Source of the DNA: Tubulanus polymorphus
Lineage: Eukaryota; Animalia; Nemertea
Length of the DNA: 64,000 nt
Direction: 5' to 3'
NCBI RefSeq assembly: GCF_964204645.1
Contig: NC_134030.1
Location: 5,498,778-5,562,777 of the forward strand
Shown: positions 39,074-53,682 of the stretch, in pieces
How positions within the stretch are numbered: position 1 is the first letter of the stretch
Layout of the letters: each line of letters opens with the position of its first letter
The notes under the pieces: model-generated
What the model was told of the DNA's origin: nothing
Databases searched by the model: none
The model's input: only the letters and a program-made list of their open reading frames with translations
Made by a program: the position numbers and the translations under genes

Positions 39074-41812
39074 GGTGTCTAAAGGGGTGCAGGGTTTGGA
39101 CCGGTACTCGCATCTGATGGCCATTTCAGACACAGAGGCAAATCCATCAAAATTGATGGGATCAAAGATTTGAAATAAGGGTTATGTTATTTCATCGGTG
39201 ACCAATGAAAATCATAGTGCATGTATTCGTTCTTTCTATCGTGTATGAAAATCGACGAATTTTCTTATCTAGAAACAACAATTATACTTTCGCTTTTCAC
39301 GATGAAGAAAGGCAATTCATCACGCGTCCGTGTCTGTTTGTATACTGCCCGAAGTGATTTTCGTTGACGAATTAATTTTACCGACGTAATCGGCTGGTCA
39401 TGATTAATGAATAGGTCACAGATTGTCGACTGGACATGAAATAAGAAATGGGCGAAAAAAAACGAAGGACAATAGAACGGTGTTCGACAAGGTCGGCTAC
39501 TGTGTCCACTGACGTCTGCCTTTGAACACAAGGTAGGAATAAGCTCTAATAATTTCGATGAATATACAGATTTTGGATAGCGGTTTCAGCGAGGTACTTC
39601 ACGGTAGGAAATGTTGATTATCACGTTTAGTTTTTAACTGCGGGGTTCAAGGGGTAGGTTGTGTGGGCTTCCGTTTGATACGCGTTTTTTTTCGTCAAGA
39701 TAGACCGTCTGCTGGTCTGTTTAACTTACGGCCTACGTTATTTGAAGTTCACTAACGTGGATTTCGATTTAAGGATCTTAACTCGCTGAATGGATGATCT
39801 AAGTAAGACGCGGACTTCATTCCGAATAATGAATCAGTTCCTACGTAAACTGGTTGTAATCACGTAATGGGTTAACACGAATACACGGATCCGCCGTGTT
39901 TGGCGAAACGATGCGGGGTAAACAATCCGCCAAATTGAAAACTTCAACAAGCAAATAGGCCAAAACGAAGCAAATGAACCGTCGGCAAGACATCAAAAAT
40001 ATTTACAAGCATCTATCTTCATCTGGCGAATTAGCGTTCGTTTCATCAGCTGTCGCCGGCGCTCAGGTACCTGCTTCGATGTCACCGACTACTAACCGCT
40101 TCTACATGATTAATAAATATTCCAATTATCTAAAACTTCTGTTTCGTCATCAATCTTAATTCCACCAAAATCACCGATATATCATATTTTGTCATTGTGA
40201 AATAGGAGAGAACAAAACGTCGACTTTAGAAATCTAAACCGCTGTCTTTCGATTACATTTTTGTTGATTTTGGCCGGTTTTTTAGGTTCCTTATGTGTAG
40301 AGAAACGATCGAATCGTCAACTGTGTTCAAGCGTTACAGATTCGCAGACGATCAGCCCCTGTGGGATTATACAATCAATTAGGTTACACAATAATAACGT
40401 GTCGTGTATGGAAAATATCTATCAAATCGATAGGCTCATGTCAAATCTAAAGATCTTTGAAATAGGGATGCGCTCAAGTTCGATGTTCTCCATCTTAAAA
40501 ACACGGATTGTTTTTAAATCCAGTTGTTATGGATATCGGGAAAACTATTTGACGTAATTGGGATATGGGCAAAATGCTTCTTCATAATTACGCGGCCTCC
40601 TGCTTGCACCGAAACACACGATATTACCGTCCCGACATCAAATCTGTGAGATTCCTGTAGCGCAATCGTTTGTCATTCAATACATACATTTTCAAATCAT
40701 CGAATAGAAATGAAGACTCGATGTATCATTCAATTACGATCGCTTTTCACCGATGCAAATAATCGACAACCATCCGTGGCAGAATACGAGAACTTTCCGT
40801 CGAAAGTAACGCCGTATATTGTATTATATGTGCGATCAGATTCTCTCTAAACGTAAACAGAAGACCAGATATGATTGATGTTATGCAGATGACCACGGTT
40901 TCAAACCAAGGTCAGAAAAAAGTAATCATCGCCGCGAACACGAATTCGTAGACGCGGGAACATCGGCGGATCGGTTCGGGACGTAATGATCGTGACTTCT
41001 GACCAGGGATGTATCCCGGGGAATTCTATGGAAAGTAGGATGATACATTCACCGCGAAATAATGGCGAATAATTCCGATTGTGAGCCGGCATCAGGGAAG
41101 ATTAATGATACGGCCACATCTTTGCACCCTTCGTCGGCTCGGTTTAAAAGGACGTTTCACAACATCATTAGTCAAAACGACATTATAATGAATACCACGC
41201 AGCAGTTTTGCTTTCAAGTTTGCCGCCGTTACAAGGGACGTTGTTCTCGTGCAGTAGTTAATACGGTGACCCAACTCGAGTCGAGTTCCTTCCATATACG
41301 CGGCCACGGTTCATACACGATTCATCATCAATCTACTTCTCAAAAGTGAAAAAATAAAAATAATCCCCCGTTCGTTCGGACACGGTTTTGACAGGGATGA
41401 TAGGCGAGCCATATCCGATATTACAAATCCTAGTTTTGTTATCGCGCTGCGGAAAAAAATAACTACTTCCAGCTAAATGCACCGTGAAGAAAATTCGCGA
41501 GACGGAGTTTTTTTTCTGTAATTTTCATTTTGGGTGGAACTGCCATCAAACAGTTTGATGAATGGGCGACGTTTTGGGACAATTTAGTCACGTATGTCGC
41601 GAGTGGGAATTCATATTTGTCAGAACCATGAATTTTGGATTAATTCGCGAATATTGAACGTAATTTGCAGCTCACGTTTTTTTTCTGCGCAAAAAGAAAA
41701 CTCGCTGCTCGCGAAAAACCGCGTTATTTGAGCTAAGAAAATTCGCAGAAAATAACGTTAACTAAACAATGCTTGCTACGCGAAGAAAGTTGCGCAAGTA
41801 TTGCTAGTTCAC

Positions 41813-41842
41813 GAGCTCCATCTGTCAATTGACACTGGAACT
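41813..41842 (-). promoter_or_regulatory. Candidate CTCF site with upstream module
   Basis: Minus strand reads AGTTCC-agtgtcaa-TTGACAGATGGAGCTC. Confidence 0.45.
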
Positions 41843-43364
41843 AAATACGTAGAAACGATCCAGTCGATAATTTTCAAAACATTAAAATAGCTCTCTTTTC
41901 CTACACCGAGTATAGCAGCGAAATCGTATCAATAGAATCACGATTAGACTTTTCAACGATTGAACTTAGACTGTTTAGTAGAGATTTGAATGCAGAACTT
42001 CAGGACTGTGCCGAATTTCGTTGTAAATATTCAATTTGAAATAAGGATTATCATTTGATAGATTTATTACGATTTGATTTATACGTATTTAGGGTTTCCA
42101 TTAAAAGCTCACGAGAGAGGTAATTGATTAACACGCATTTTTACAGTTCCTCGTGAAATAGAAATTGTTGTTAGGGGTTGAGGAATTTTCATTAGAAAAC
42201 TCTCGATAATTGATCAAATCTACGCAAACTAATCATTTATTTTATGAATATCTCACCATATCATTCAGCGAATAAATGAAGATTCATGGGGGAAAGATTC
42301 CCGCCTAGAAACTTCATGAAAATCTTATCAAACTATCCTCGAGGGAAACTACAGTTTTGAAATGAACGAAACAAAGCCACAGAAAGTCCTATCGTTGACC
42401 CCAGTTTTTAATCATCTCCTGACTCATTTTATGCCGTTTTGTAATAATCTACATGACGTTCATACAAACGATCATATCTTACGTGCGTTAAAGCTTCAGT
42501 CGTTATCAACATTATTCAGTTTTATAGAAATATCTACAGAATTCAAGGATTCCACCAGTTTCAATATTTCATTCCACATGCAAATTGATAAACTAAAATC
42601 TTATGAAATATTTTCCATCTTTGTGTTGTAAGATTAAGATTTTATGGCAAAAAAAACCGCGATAAAAAGAAAAGGTCAGCGAAGAATATATTATTCCTTC
42701 TTGAAACTACATCCTAAAGAGTAGAAAAACCTTAGCTTAATTTCACATAATTACTGGCGGTTGAAAAACAAGCAAACTTCGTGGATGGTTTTGGAACACA
42801 TTGGAATGACCTAATAATCACTTATCAATTTCTGACAAGTTATAAACGTCGAAAGATTTTAATTTTCGAATGACCTGGTTTTCATCAGTTGGCTATCCGT
42901 CACAGATGTTACGGTTTATCGTGTCATAGCCGTTAGCTATTAAGGCTCGCCGTGTTGCGAGCATCGTATTCATGCCGAAAGCTTTTACGGAAATTGCATT
43001 CTGCCGAAGTCGTTCGAAAGTTTTTAATTCTAAAGTTTCGTTTCGCGAGAGCGTTGGAGAAATGAAAATAGATGATTTCAGGAAACGCGGAACTGACATC
43101 ACGAGGTGGTCAAGTGGGAGAGAGCAAGAGTTATGAAGATAATTGAATTTGAACACGGGAAAGCGAGAGAGAAAGCTCCTTCCTCGGTGAGTAAGAATTC
43201 ATCCCGGCTTCTCGGATAAGATCGCGCGCCGAGACGGCGAATTTTCGACAGGATAAATCCGACCGACAAAATCGGTAAATTAAGTCAGAGGAAAAATATA
43301 TTCAACATCGCGAATCGTTGGCTTTAGTTCAATCTACGAAGGATTACCCGGCGCTATGCATGGT

Positions 43365-43411
43365 CTGTCAATCATACCCGGATCTAAATAGCTATCAGGC
43401 ATGATTGACAA
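43365..43411. promoter_or_regulatory. Inverted pair of Pbx-Meis (Exd-Hth) composite sites
   Basis: CTGTCAATCA (reverse complement TGATTGACAG, the canonical decamer) at 43365-43374 and TGATTGACAA at 43402-43411. Confidence 0.5.
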
Positions 43412-46400
43412 AAACGAGAATTCGGTATAAATGCTTGATTGCGCTGGCTGCGAGAGCGCACAAAAAATAGCTTGTCCTGCAGGGAGTTGACTTTGTAGAT
43501 GACTGCATGGTGATGACTCAAAAGCAATTGACGATGTTAGCACAAGATCGTCCATCCGCTAATTATTGAGAGTCGGGGATATGATAATACAGTGTGTTCA
43601 TCGCTGGAAGTCAGAGTAAGCGCTTAGCTTAGTGGCTGCTGAGAACAACTTACTGCAACAACCAGCTGCCCACGGCTATATTGGGTTAACCGCACGCTTG
43701 GGAGTCTTCTGACCAATCGATTGTGTCGAGACTCATCGCCGCGAGACGGTTCGAAAAAAAACTCTATAGAGTCCGGGGAAAAAACCCCGAGAAATTCTAC
43801 TCAGCGCCGTCGCCGCACCGTCGTGTTCGACTGACGTGGACTGAAAACGCACGTGCTTCGTTTTGCGAGGGTAAGCTAACATCGCGGTGACGTCACACGC
43901 GCGGGCGAGGGATTTAACAGGTAATCGGGGAAAAATCCGACAAATTAGAACGAGAACAAATCAAAAACAACTACGATTAAAATACAATGAGTACGTACCA
44001 GATGGTGAGGTAATCGCGTGATACAGCCACCGACGAGGATGCGTTTCCACTACGCGCGCTAGAAGTCGACAATTGAATTGTTCAAGGTAAAAATCCGTTT
44101 ATCGTAAAATCTCAATTTTATTGTGGCGTGTTATTCTAGTATTCCTGGGTTTCGTGTGGCGGTAATCCCTACGCGTTCCGATAAGAAACGAACGTAACAA
44201 GCGTCTTGTTAACAATACCGACCTGGCCACATTGCGCATCATATTTCTATGTTGGCAGCCTATTTATTTTGTCTTAGTTGAGTCAGTAGTCAGGGCCCAC
44301 TTTATGTCGGCAATAGATATATTTTATAGCCTTTTTCACAGAGTCGTTTATGATCGCACAAGTCGTTATAGTGCTCGTTTAGAAGCACTTAGCCTGCCAT
44401 GGGTCATTAACATTAACATATTATAATGAGGCGGCACGTTTGAACCTTCGAAACATTAATCACCACGCGTCATGAAGATAGGTTTTTAACTACTAGCGAA
44501 GTTCGCAAATATTATGGAATCTGTTAAGTCTGCGGTGTGGTTTGCAATATACATCGAGTTCAGGTCGTTAAAATGCCGGCGTCTGAAGCGCTTTTCGGTG
44601 CTGTATATTCATATTTTCGGGAGAATTTGACTTTCCACCGGTGAAAGTCGCTCAAACGGGACGTTCGCGCCGTTTGCAAAATTTGCCAACTCGCAAATTT
44701 TGTGGCCGACTGAAAATATTTAGCGGTAATATATCGCATCGGTGAAAAGCCTTTGTGAAAAAAGTAGTTTAGGCGCGTTACAAATGATAGAATTATTTGC
44801 TAGTCAGTTCATATATATCTTCATCTGTCGCCCGATGAAGCCTATTCATTCATTCATTCATTCATTTCTACAGGATGCGATTTATTATTTTTTCGAACAA
44901 GTTTCTTCTTGCATCCAACAGATGTCAGCTGCAGTCGACCGATTCGGTGGACAGAAATTCGGCACTATTCAAGCGAATTTTCGTATTACGAGGGCATTTT
45001 TGAGGATCACGCCGACTTTTTAGAATAGATGTTCATGTATCTGCTATTTCCGTTCGCTGGTCTTCATCGGCTTGAAGCCGATACACGCTTAAACTAGTTA
45101 CAGCATCGTTATGTTTCCGATTAAAAGACCTCGAACAGAATTTGGCCTCGGGACTTTTCCGTGATAACGCCACGAAACCCGAAGGCAACGTAGCTCGCGG
45201 TTTAGCCTGGATATCGCGTGGATATCTTCTTATTCAACGTTGCATATCAGTTGCGAGAAGGTCCGAGATGAAAGATGGAATGCAGTGGTTTGCGCACAGT
45301 AAATATGTTATATTACACAAAGGACTCCACCTTGGTCGTGGGCAATTTCAATTCCTTTCAAAAGTTTTGATTTTATACTGGTTGGAGCATAAGATCATAT
45401 CATCTTTCCTGTTAATTTGATTCTGTAGTATAATTTTTCGCATAAAGGTGTCGCAATGAGTATGCAAATATCATAGTTCGCTGACCTAATAATATACTTT
45501 AAAAAGATAATAACATTCGCCGCCATTTTGAATTTCTTTTACTGAACGAGCTCTAGAAAATAATAATAAGAATTCTTTTTTATCTGATAACACGAATATT
45601 TAAATTATGCATCTGGATTTTAGTCGATCGACGCCCATCCACTGTTTCTCCAGAAACCGAAAAAGATAAAATATCAATATTGAATATGAGGTGTCCCTCA
45701 CTAAAAACATATTAGTCTTTCAATAGTTACAAGCCACAGTAATTCGCCTACGTGCGTTTTAGCCGCCAGCGGGTGAAGATGCTGTGCGTAGCCAAAACTT
45801 CAAGTCTTCATGACTGATCTAAATCAATTTGTATTGATTATGAAACTTATTTCATTACTAATTAGTATGAAGTTAAATCATTCGACTTATGATAGGGAGG
45901 ATGATTGCGCTGCCACTACCACCAAAGCCATTAAGTCACAACTGTCGCCTTTGATGTGGTAACATACGCTTAAGTAGTCGTATTTAAGGGGCTTCCTGGC
46001 TATATTTCTGAAAAGTATCCCCTTAATCCCTTTCAGTGGGATAACTGCCAATTTTAAATGATGAATGGCTGAAAGAGGAAACTCCTATCGTGTTAACCAG
46101 TGACAGTGACAACATGGCGACGAAGTCATATTTGCATACGGTTCGCGACAGTCGGATGCATGCACGTCAAACCATGTGAGGAAGATAGGTGACGAAAAAC
46201 AAACCGCGCCGCGAGAACTACGTTCCGTGACGGTCGGATTTTTTTCCAACGCCAAGAGCCGTCTTATCCGTTATATGCGCCGCGTTTTCGACAGTCCACC
46301 GAGGAATGTTCGTGCAGAATTTACATTGAATAATTAATTATGCATTAGAAAAGGGAAGAAAGTGCGTAATGCGGCGCGTTACGCTATCGGGCACATACAT

Positions 46401-47109
46401 TTTGAATAATACGTCGAAAATTCAACCTGAGTAAATCTTATTTCATCTCTATTATGCTAGTCGTATAAATGTACGCAGAACATTTTCCATTTTTTCCGAG
46501 AGATTGCGGATATTTTTGTATAAATGATTTACCGGCGCGTCTGTAGTTGCCTCGTCGCCTATGGAAAACAATTGAGCAGCCACATTTTGTTCGTACGAAC
46601 GACTTTCGACAATCGACAAATTTCAGTCGACACAATGACACGGTAAATGACTGTCATTTGACAATGTGAGCCCCTGTCACGGCACGGCAATTTGCAGCGC
46701 GCCAGCGTGACTTTTAACTTTCGAATAATCTATAATTGGAAGTCGACGGATTGACGTGCAAACAGTGATAGTTTGTATGTGCGCGGTCTGCCGCCCGCAT
46801 TTACGTTTCGATTTTTCTCCTGCTTGTCTTGTGACACTGTCAGGAGTTAATGTTTGTCGGTTTGACAGTTTTGTACACGGACTGAGATTTCTGTCTCGTT
46901 CATCACTATATTGATATCCCTATAGCCATCCATCAATTAGTGCTACTATCAAAGCACACTTTTCCGCGTACGGCGACGCATCTCTCCGCACGCTTTGTTT
47001 TTACGGGGAAATTGAACAATAGAAACCGTACGTAACTTTGTGCGAGGCGAAAATATCGGAAACTCTGTCGCACATGGTCTGACGGGTCTTTAACCATGAA
47101 ATCTGAAAG

Positions 47110-47215
47110 CAGACCATAGGGGGACCTTACTAAGGGGGACTGAGAAGCAATAGCCTGTCATGCTTTCTGTGAAATAAATTTGAACTTGAATTTGAACTTG
47201 AACTTGAACCTGAAC
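47110..47215 (+). mobile_element. Extreme 3' end of a LINE/SINE with microsatellite tail
   Basis: AATAAA (47173-47178) is immediately followed by about 6 TTGAAC units, the typical tail architecture of CR1/L2-group retroelements. The 5' boundary is uncertain. Confidence 0.5.
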
Positions 47216-47524
47216 AGGCGGTTATGATAACAAATCTAAGCTCTGGCTTTAGAGTCCATGATTTAGGTAAGAGACATTGTTCAGAGACAACGGTCGCTAC
47301 TCGATTAGGTTGAAAAGCTAGTTCCGCATTTAGAATAATTAAAAGAAGCTACAAATTTGGTCGTGTTTAGTTTAAGCGCGAAGGAGCGAGAGGAATCTGA
47401 AAAAAAAGAATCGCAACTGACTAACCAAAAACAATAGGCTTACAGTAGTATCATATCTATATTCAGATGTGACCGCGATACGAATTGTATAGAACAGTAA
47501 AATGTGGCAGCTTGCCTGCGCGTG

Positions 47525-47558
47525 CTGTCTGTCTGTCCGTCTGTCCTGTCTGTCTGTC
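47525..47558. repeat. (CTGT)n microsatellite
   Basis: CTGTCTGTCTGTCCGTCTGTCCTGTCTGTCTGTC; such tracts are often the core of Helentron-derived elements. Confidence 0.8.
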
Positions 47559-48084
47559 TCCGATATTGCGAAATAATGACAAAAAAACAATCATATTCGC
47601 GCTCGAAGTAACTGTCAATTAATCCAGTGTCTCCATACAAAAACATCAATACTTCCAGCAGAAGTAAAAAGGTTTTCGAAATAAATCAGTCGTTACAAAT
47701 CGGTATTTCCAAAGCTGTTGCTAGTTGCTTCTTGTATTAGAAATGCTTTACACACAGCTATGGAAATTGTTTTGAGATGGCATTTAAGTACTGATACGTA
47801 GAAGAGGACGGGAAGATTTCAGACATGGGAGTAATTGATAAAAGCTTAACTTCATGTAATAAACATTTCACATTGTTCAACTGTAGCCACATGGATTGTG
47901 CGACCAAAATATGTTGTTCGGGTATTAGGTAACATTTTCATAAAACTCGTAAAGCCGCATGAAGCTATTTCAGTCGGTTTGTATCTTGAAGTCGATGATT
48001 ATTGTAGAGTAGGGGAATTTACGCTGGATAATCTACCTTAGTTTTAATTACAGATTGCGCGGATCAATCACTTTCTCGCGCCCT

Positions 48085-48114
48085 AGTTTCAGCTCTTATT
48101 AGCAGATGGCGCTA
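48085..48114 (+). promoter_or_regulatory. Candidate CTCF site with upstream module
   Basis: AGTTTC-agctctta-TTAGCAGATGGCGCTA; best core match in the window. Confidence 0.55.
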
Positions 48115-51100
48115 ATAGTAGCGATGCTATAAATTATTTTCTTCCTGATGGTCTCGTTGTTTTAGAGTCGATTTAGAGTATTTTTCAGACATTGAAGGAT
48201 CCGGTAAAAAAAATAATGAAAATTGTTGAACCTTGGAGCGATATATTCAATTCTCAATCTCGCATGATATTGATCTTCGCAAAATCATCGGTTCCTTGAA
48301 AGATTGTCGTGGAAAAAAAAATATTAAAATTGTCTATGACGGTTTGACTATTTTAAAATTGCATACAATAGCGGGTTCTATTGACTGTATACGTAACAAG
48401 AATGCCGTAATATTACCAAAATTTCCATTTTGAATATGGTCATTTATCAAATAGATTTGAAATAAAATTCCAATGTCATCGGTAAGAAAAAAATCAGGCT
48501 TCGAATTGTGACGAAAAATATAACATGTTCCCAAATATTTTCAATCAGTTTTTCTATCAAATCTCCGGCAAAGATTTTTTTTCAACATATTTTGATTATG
48601 TAAATTACGCGTAACGGTTGAGTCGCCAACAATATTACTAAGAATTTACAAAAACCGGGGCCCTGATGTGTTTGCCTCATGCCTAGACGAGGCTCCTCTG
48701 TGGTCCCCTTCAAAACCCCGTCTATTGTAAAAACAATTCGTATTAAGATTATCTCTGCGATATGTTGAATCAAGGCGATTTTTTTTCTAAATGATATTGG
48801 AATTTTTTTTTTCAAAACTTCACAAAATTTATGATAAATGACCGTAATCATAATGTAACTGTAACAATCTAACCGCATTCTTGTCAACAGAACGCGTTGA
48901 AACATGCAACTGTAAAAAAAAAGTCAAATCGTCTTGCGCGATTTTCATTATTTTACACGTCGAACCGAACCGGGAAATGAAATTTCGATATCTATTCATT
49001 GGACAGCGCGGCGAAAAATGCGCAGAACACGCATTAAAAATATTCGTCATCTTTTCGTTGGGTTTCCATGACAACCGTTGACGCATCATACACGCCTTTT
49101 CCGCTGTCAGAATGCCGCCTTCGAGTCCCCGAGGATCGCGCCGAATCACGCATGTCAAACATTTCGAGGATTTCGCCGCCGAATTTGAGAGATGAGCAAA
49201 AATATTTGTATGTATCTCGAAAGCCCGACTGTCAGCCGTATGAGTGATCGATCGTTGCTGGGGGTTTCGAGTGACGTTCGAACCGCACGAACAGTTTTTC
49301 TTTTCGGATATTATTGATCAAAGATAATATTAGCGAAGACAATTTCGTTCGACTCGAATCGCTCGAATATCGTTGCCCGGGGGAGTTCGGCGAATTTCCC
49401 GACAGTCTTACATTGACGAGAAAAGTTTTCTCGAATAATATCAACTTCTACGATTATAGTCGTTTTTGCTAGTATCGCACAAGCCGCGGTCCCCGGTCGC
49501 TCCCGCGCGCGTTCTGATGTCGTTCGAACATTTATTTTATCGTACGCAAACTCATTTATCTTGCGCGTTAGAAAAAAACGGCGTATTACAAATATTCCTC
49601 TTGTTTATCGAAGAACGACGTATTGACAGTTGGTAATTGAATAAATACACGAAATACTACTATATCTAAACATACGAAAATTGAAATTTGTGGTCGTGTT
49701 TTCATCGAGCAAATCTTCTCCACGTTCTGGCGAAATTCTGGTATAGTTCAGCGGGAAGAGAGCATAATAATGTGCTCAACGTAACCGCGGACAAATCGTT
49801 GGAGTCCATGATGCAACGTAGCTGTACTTTTTCAATTTTCAATTTATAAACTTGCCCTTTTTCAATGACTTGCTCACAAAACCACCTTATTACAGAATAT
49901 AACGAAATTATCTGAAACTTCGTCAACTTTTAAACTCCCAGGAGGAACTCACAGAAATTCAGTATATAAAAAAGGTTTGGAATATTCTGTTTGAACTCGT
50001 GCCATCTCTTAGAATCAAATTATTTTGTAGGTACTCTTTTCGCCCTAAGCAAAATTGCATTTTGTTACCAATTTTGATTCAAGAATATTAGAATTCAAAT
50101 CTGAGTTACTCTTTTGAACCTGACGAATTCGTCTAACACCTTCTAACAAAATTCGATCCAATACGAATTGGACTCGAATAACGGTCACAAACGATTCAAA
50201 ACGTTTTTGCGAATAAAATATTCAGAATACTAAGCGACATAATTTGAGGTAAAAAAGGTGAAATTGTTTGACATATTTGAAACAGAAAATTATCATAAGC
50301 TGAAGATTCTAATACAAATGTTCTTGTATAATTCATACTGCACCAGATGTTTGTTTCTAAATTTCATTATAGAGAACATTTTTGATCGGGAATGAAATTA
50401 TGGAACTGGGTCGAAGTTCTACATATGAACATAAAGCTTAGTAATGAACTATATGTCGATAAGTGTTGATAGTAAAATTCATTTTATAAATTAGACCAAA
50501 AATACATGTATTTTTGATTAGACGACTAATAGAAAACGAATACGATATTCAACGACATCGCTGACTTTTTCGAATATTTTCCGATAAATCAATTAATCAT
50601 TTCGTCCCTCAATTTAGTTCAGTTGCAATGTTTGAAGACATTTGAAGCTGTATTTTAGGTAGATTTTCGGATTTTATTCCTGTTTCCAGAATTCGATCTC
50701 GTGCCCTTTGGTATTCGGCATCGGTGATTAAGTAAGATGAAGCGCAGATAATGGCAATAGCTTTGCATGAAGTAATTGCTAAAAACCACTAATCCGTAAT
50801 GAATGTATAGAAAATCGATTAACATTCGCCGATTTCGATCGCTCAGTCGGGAACTATATTGTCTGGGCATTTATACTTAGCTCGGAAGTGATGCGTCAAA
50901 TTAAAATGGCGGCCGAGATGATTGACGTGCCCTACTTTCACCACGCAAAATAGATGCTGAATCATGGCGTCGAAGAAGGATTTGTGTCCTATGCTATATA
51001 TGTGTATATTTATCACTCTTACACGATTTAGGACACGAATACTATTGTGAAAGATCATTATTATCAATTGAAAGATGGCGCCGAGGCTTTTCAAATTACC

Positions 51101-51644
51101 ACAAAATCGATTCGATTAACTGTGATGATTGCCCCGACGTTAAAATGTTTAAATCAAGTTCGTACGTGTTGTGATCGTGAATCCAATCATAATTCGTGAC
51201 TTTTTCTTTTTAACAAACTATTCAGTAAATCGAACTCCGTCATCTACGGCGGGGTCGATGCCGTGATTACGAGGATTATTATCTAACTTAACCGAACTAT
51301 TATACTACCAAGCCTGCGATTTGAAATCTTTAGTAATTGCTCGGATTCGATTTGAAATTCTCATTTAATATAAACCATTACTACGGAAGCTATACCAGCG
51401 ATTTATCGAGAGAGAAGCCGGTTTTCTATTATTTTCCTTATGCATTTGTTGTTCTTTGTGTGCGCAAAAACCAGCTCGCAAACACACTCGCTCAACAAAG
51501 TGCATTTGTAGGTCCACATCGCTGTATCCCATATGTTTTTGTTGCAAGTCAACATCAAACGAACCGCCGGCAATTGAAAACGGTTAGGTGATTAATTATA
51601 CTGCGCCTTACTACTGACAGGTCGAGGGGACCGTCTCGGCAGTT

Positions 51645-51677
51645 CGTAGTGACACCTTCTAACAACAGATGTCGCTG
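51645..51677 (+). promoter_or_regulatory. Candidate CTCF site with upstream module
   Basis: CGTAGTGAC-accttcta-ACAACAGATGTCGCTG. Confidence 0.45.
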
Positions 51678-53647
51678 AACGAGCTTACTACCAAAATAGA
51701 CGCAAAGCCGCCATTACTAAACCGACCAACTTTCGAGTTGATTAGAATATAATTCTTCAAATTGACATTTTTTATTCATCAGAATCAATTCGGATTTTAA
51801 GAAAAATCCGGTTGTTAAGTGCTTGCATTTGAAATAAAATGATAATGCGTCATTATCTCTTCAGTCGAAAAATCTGAAAAAAATCAACAAAATGCACGAA
51901 AGTCTTGTAATAATTTTGCCCACTTTGCCAATTGAAAGTACGTCGTTCACTTAAAAACGGATATAATAATGAACTAATCTTTGTCAGAATTTACCGTATT
52001 TTTTCGGCTCATTCCTAAAACAATTTGGAGCCATGAATGAATTTTTCATGAAATGCGTAATTTTTGCCCGGAAATATGCCCGGCATCTATGGAATTGCCG
52101 GCTGACTATCGAACCGGAATTTCAATCCGAATTAATTGCCATTTACATCAATTATCCGGAAAACCAATTTATTTCGATTCCGAACCGGCGCAACCCGACG
52201 GGTGCAGGCCTAGTTCAAACGTACGGTAATCATATTACGATGAGAAATGAATCCAATGGGATCGATGATGATGATGATGATGCAAGCATCTAGGCGAGCT
52301 TTTTTTAGAATAAATTATAATATTATATCAGAAAAAAAACAGGCAAATATTCATTCGGGAAAGCGAGATAACTTTTCTCGATTTATATGTATGCATATAT
52401 AAACAAAAAATTCGTCCTCAAATTGACACCCAAAAGGTTAGAGTACTATTCGCCACAATAAACGCCATTGTTGTACGTAAAATACGTATGTACGGATCAT
52501 GCTTCTGTAAATTTCAAAAAGATGAACCTTTATAACCGAACCCCGTCGAAACATGTCAATACAACGTGCTACCACGAGGTGATGAACTTTTATTTAATTA
52601 GATCCATTGCACGAACAAGCGTCAATTTATCGTTTCATATCAGATATAGCCATTGATGTTACCGATTTTAGAATAGAGAAAAAAAAACTGCTAGACGCCT
52701 TTCTGAATCGTGAACAGATCAGACGAGAAAAAGTATTCGATAGTTTTCTGGATTAGAATTGATTCTAAATCGTAGCCAAATTATTCGCATTTAGGGAACA
52801 AATATAGATGACGAATGGAAATAGAAAAATGGTTAGATAAATTTCATAGCAAAAATATGTATTATATTCATTGTTAGTACATTGGTTTTGCTCGTTTTTC
52901 CATGCTCAAAATCTGAGGTTAACTTTGCTAGATTCTGCAGCAAAAATTTTGCAGACTGGTCTCGTGAAGGAATTTATAATTCGGGATTTTTTTGGGGAAT
53001 ATATCTGAAGCGCAAATAAGCATTGGTTTGTATTACGATCGTGAAGCAGGGTTCGCCTATAAACCAACGGCTACTTTCATTAATTTACAAATCGATTACT
53101 TTTACGATACCAAATTATTCCCCGGTAGAAATATTCTCAACGACACCACGAATTGAGAAATGATATTAACTTGAGAATTCCTATGGTATATATTCATAAA
53201 ACCACAATAGTGATGAAACGATGACTATAAATTCTGTTTTCCTGACGTAATAGCTATTGTTCCATCACTATTTATATGAGTTTCAAATATACCGACTGCA
53301 ACTAATCTTAACTTATTTTGAAATATCCCATGGCATTAATCGAAATAAAAACAGGCTAAATGATATAGTTTTTTGGTAGTGCAAAATTCTATTTAGATTT
53401 GCTAGTTGATGCCATGTATTTTTGCTCAAATGTTCTGTTTAGTAAAATAACACTAAATCTGGTAATAATAATAATAGTAAAATATTCTAATAATCCATTT
53501 TGTCCATTCTGAATTGATTCCCTTTTATTACATCTCGTTTACATACTTCGCCGATTTCGAGTACATTTCCAAATATCGTAAAAATATTTCCTGGGTCTCA
53601 ATATCATCCGTTTGAGTTTCGTATTTTAAGAATTCATGTTAAATCTA

Positions 53648-53682
53648 ATCATGGACTCTAAATTCGTTTAAGAGTCCATGAT
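53648..53682. repeat. 12-bp perfect inverted repeat (probable MITE remnant)
   Basis: ATCATGGACTCT-11nt-AGAGTCCATGAT; one arm recurs at ~47250-47263. Confidence 0.7.
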
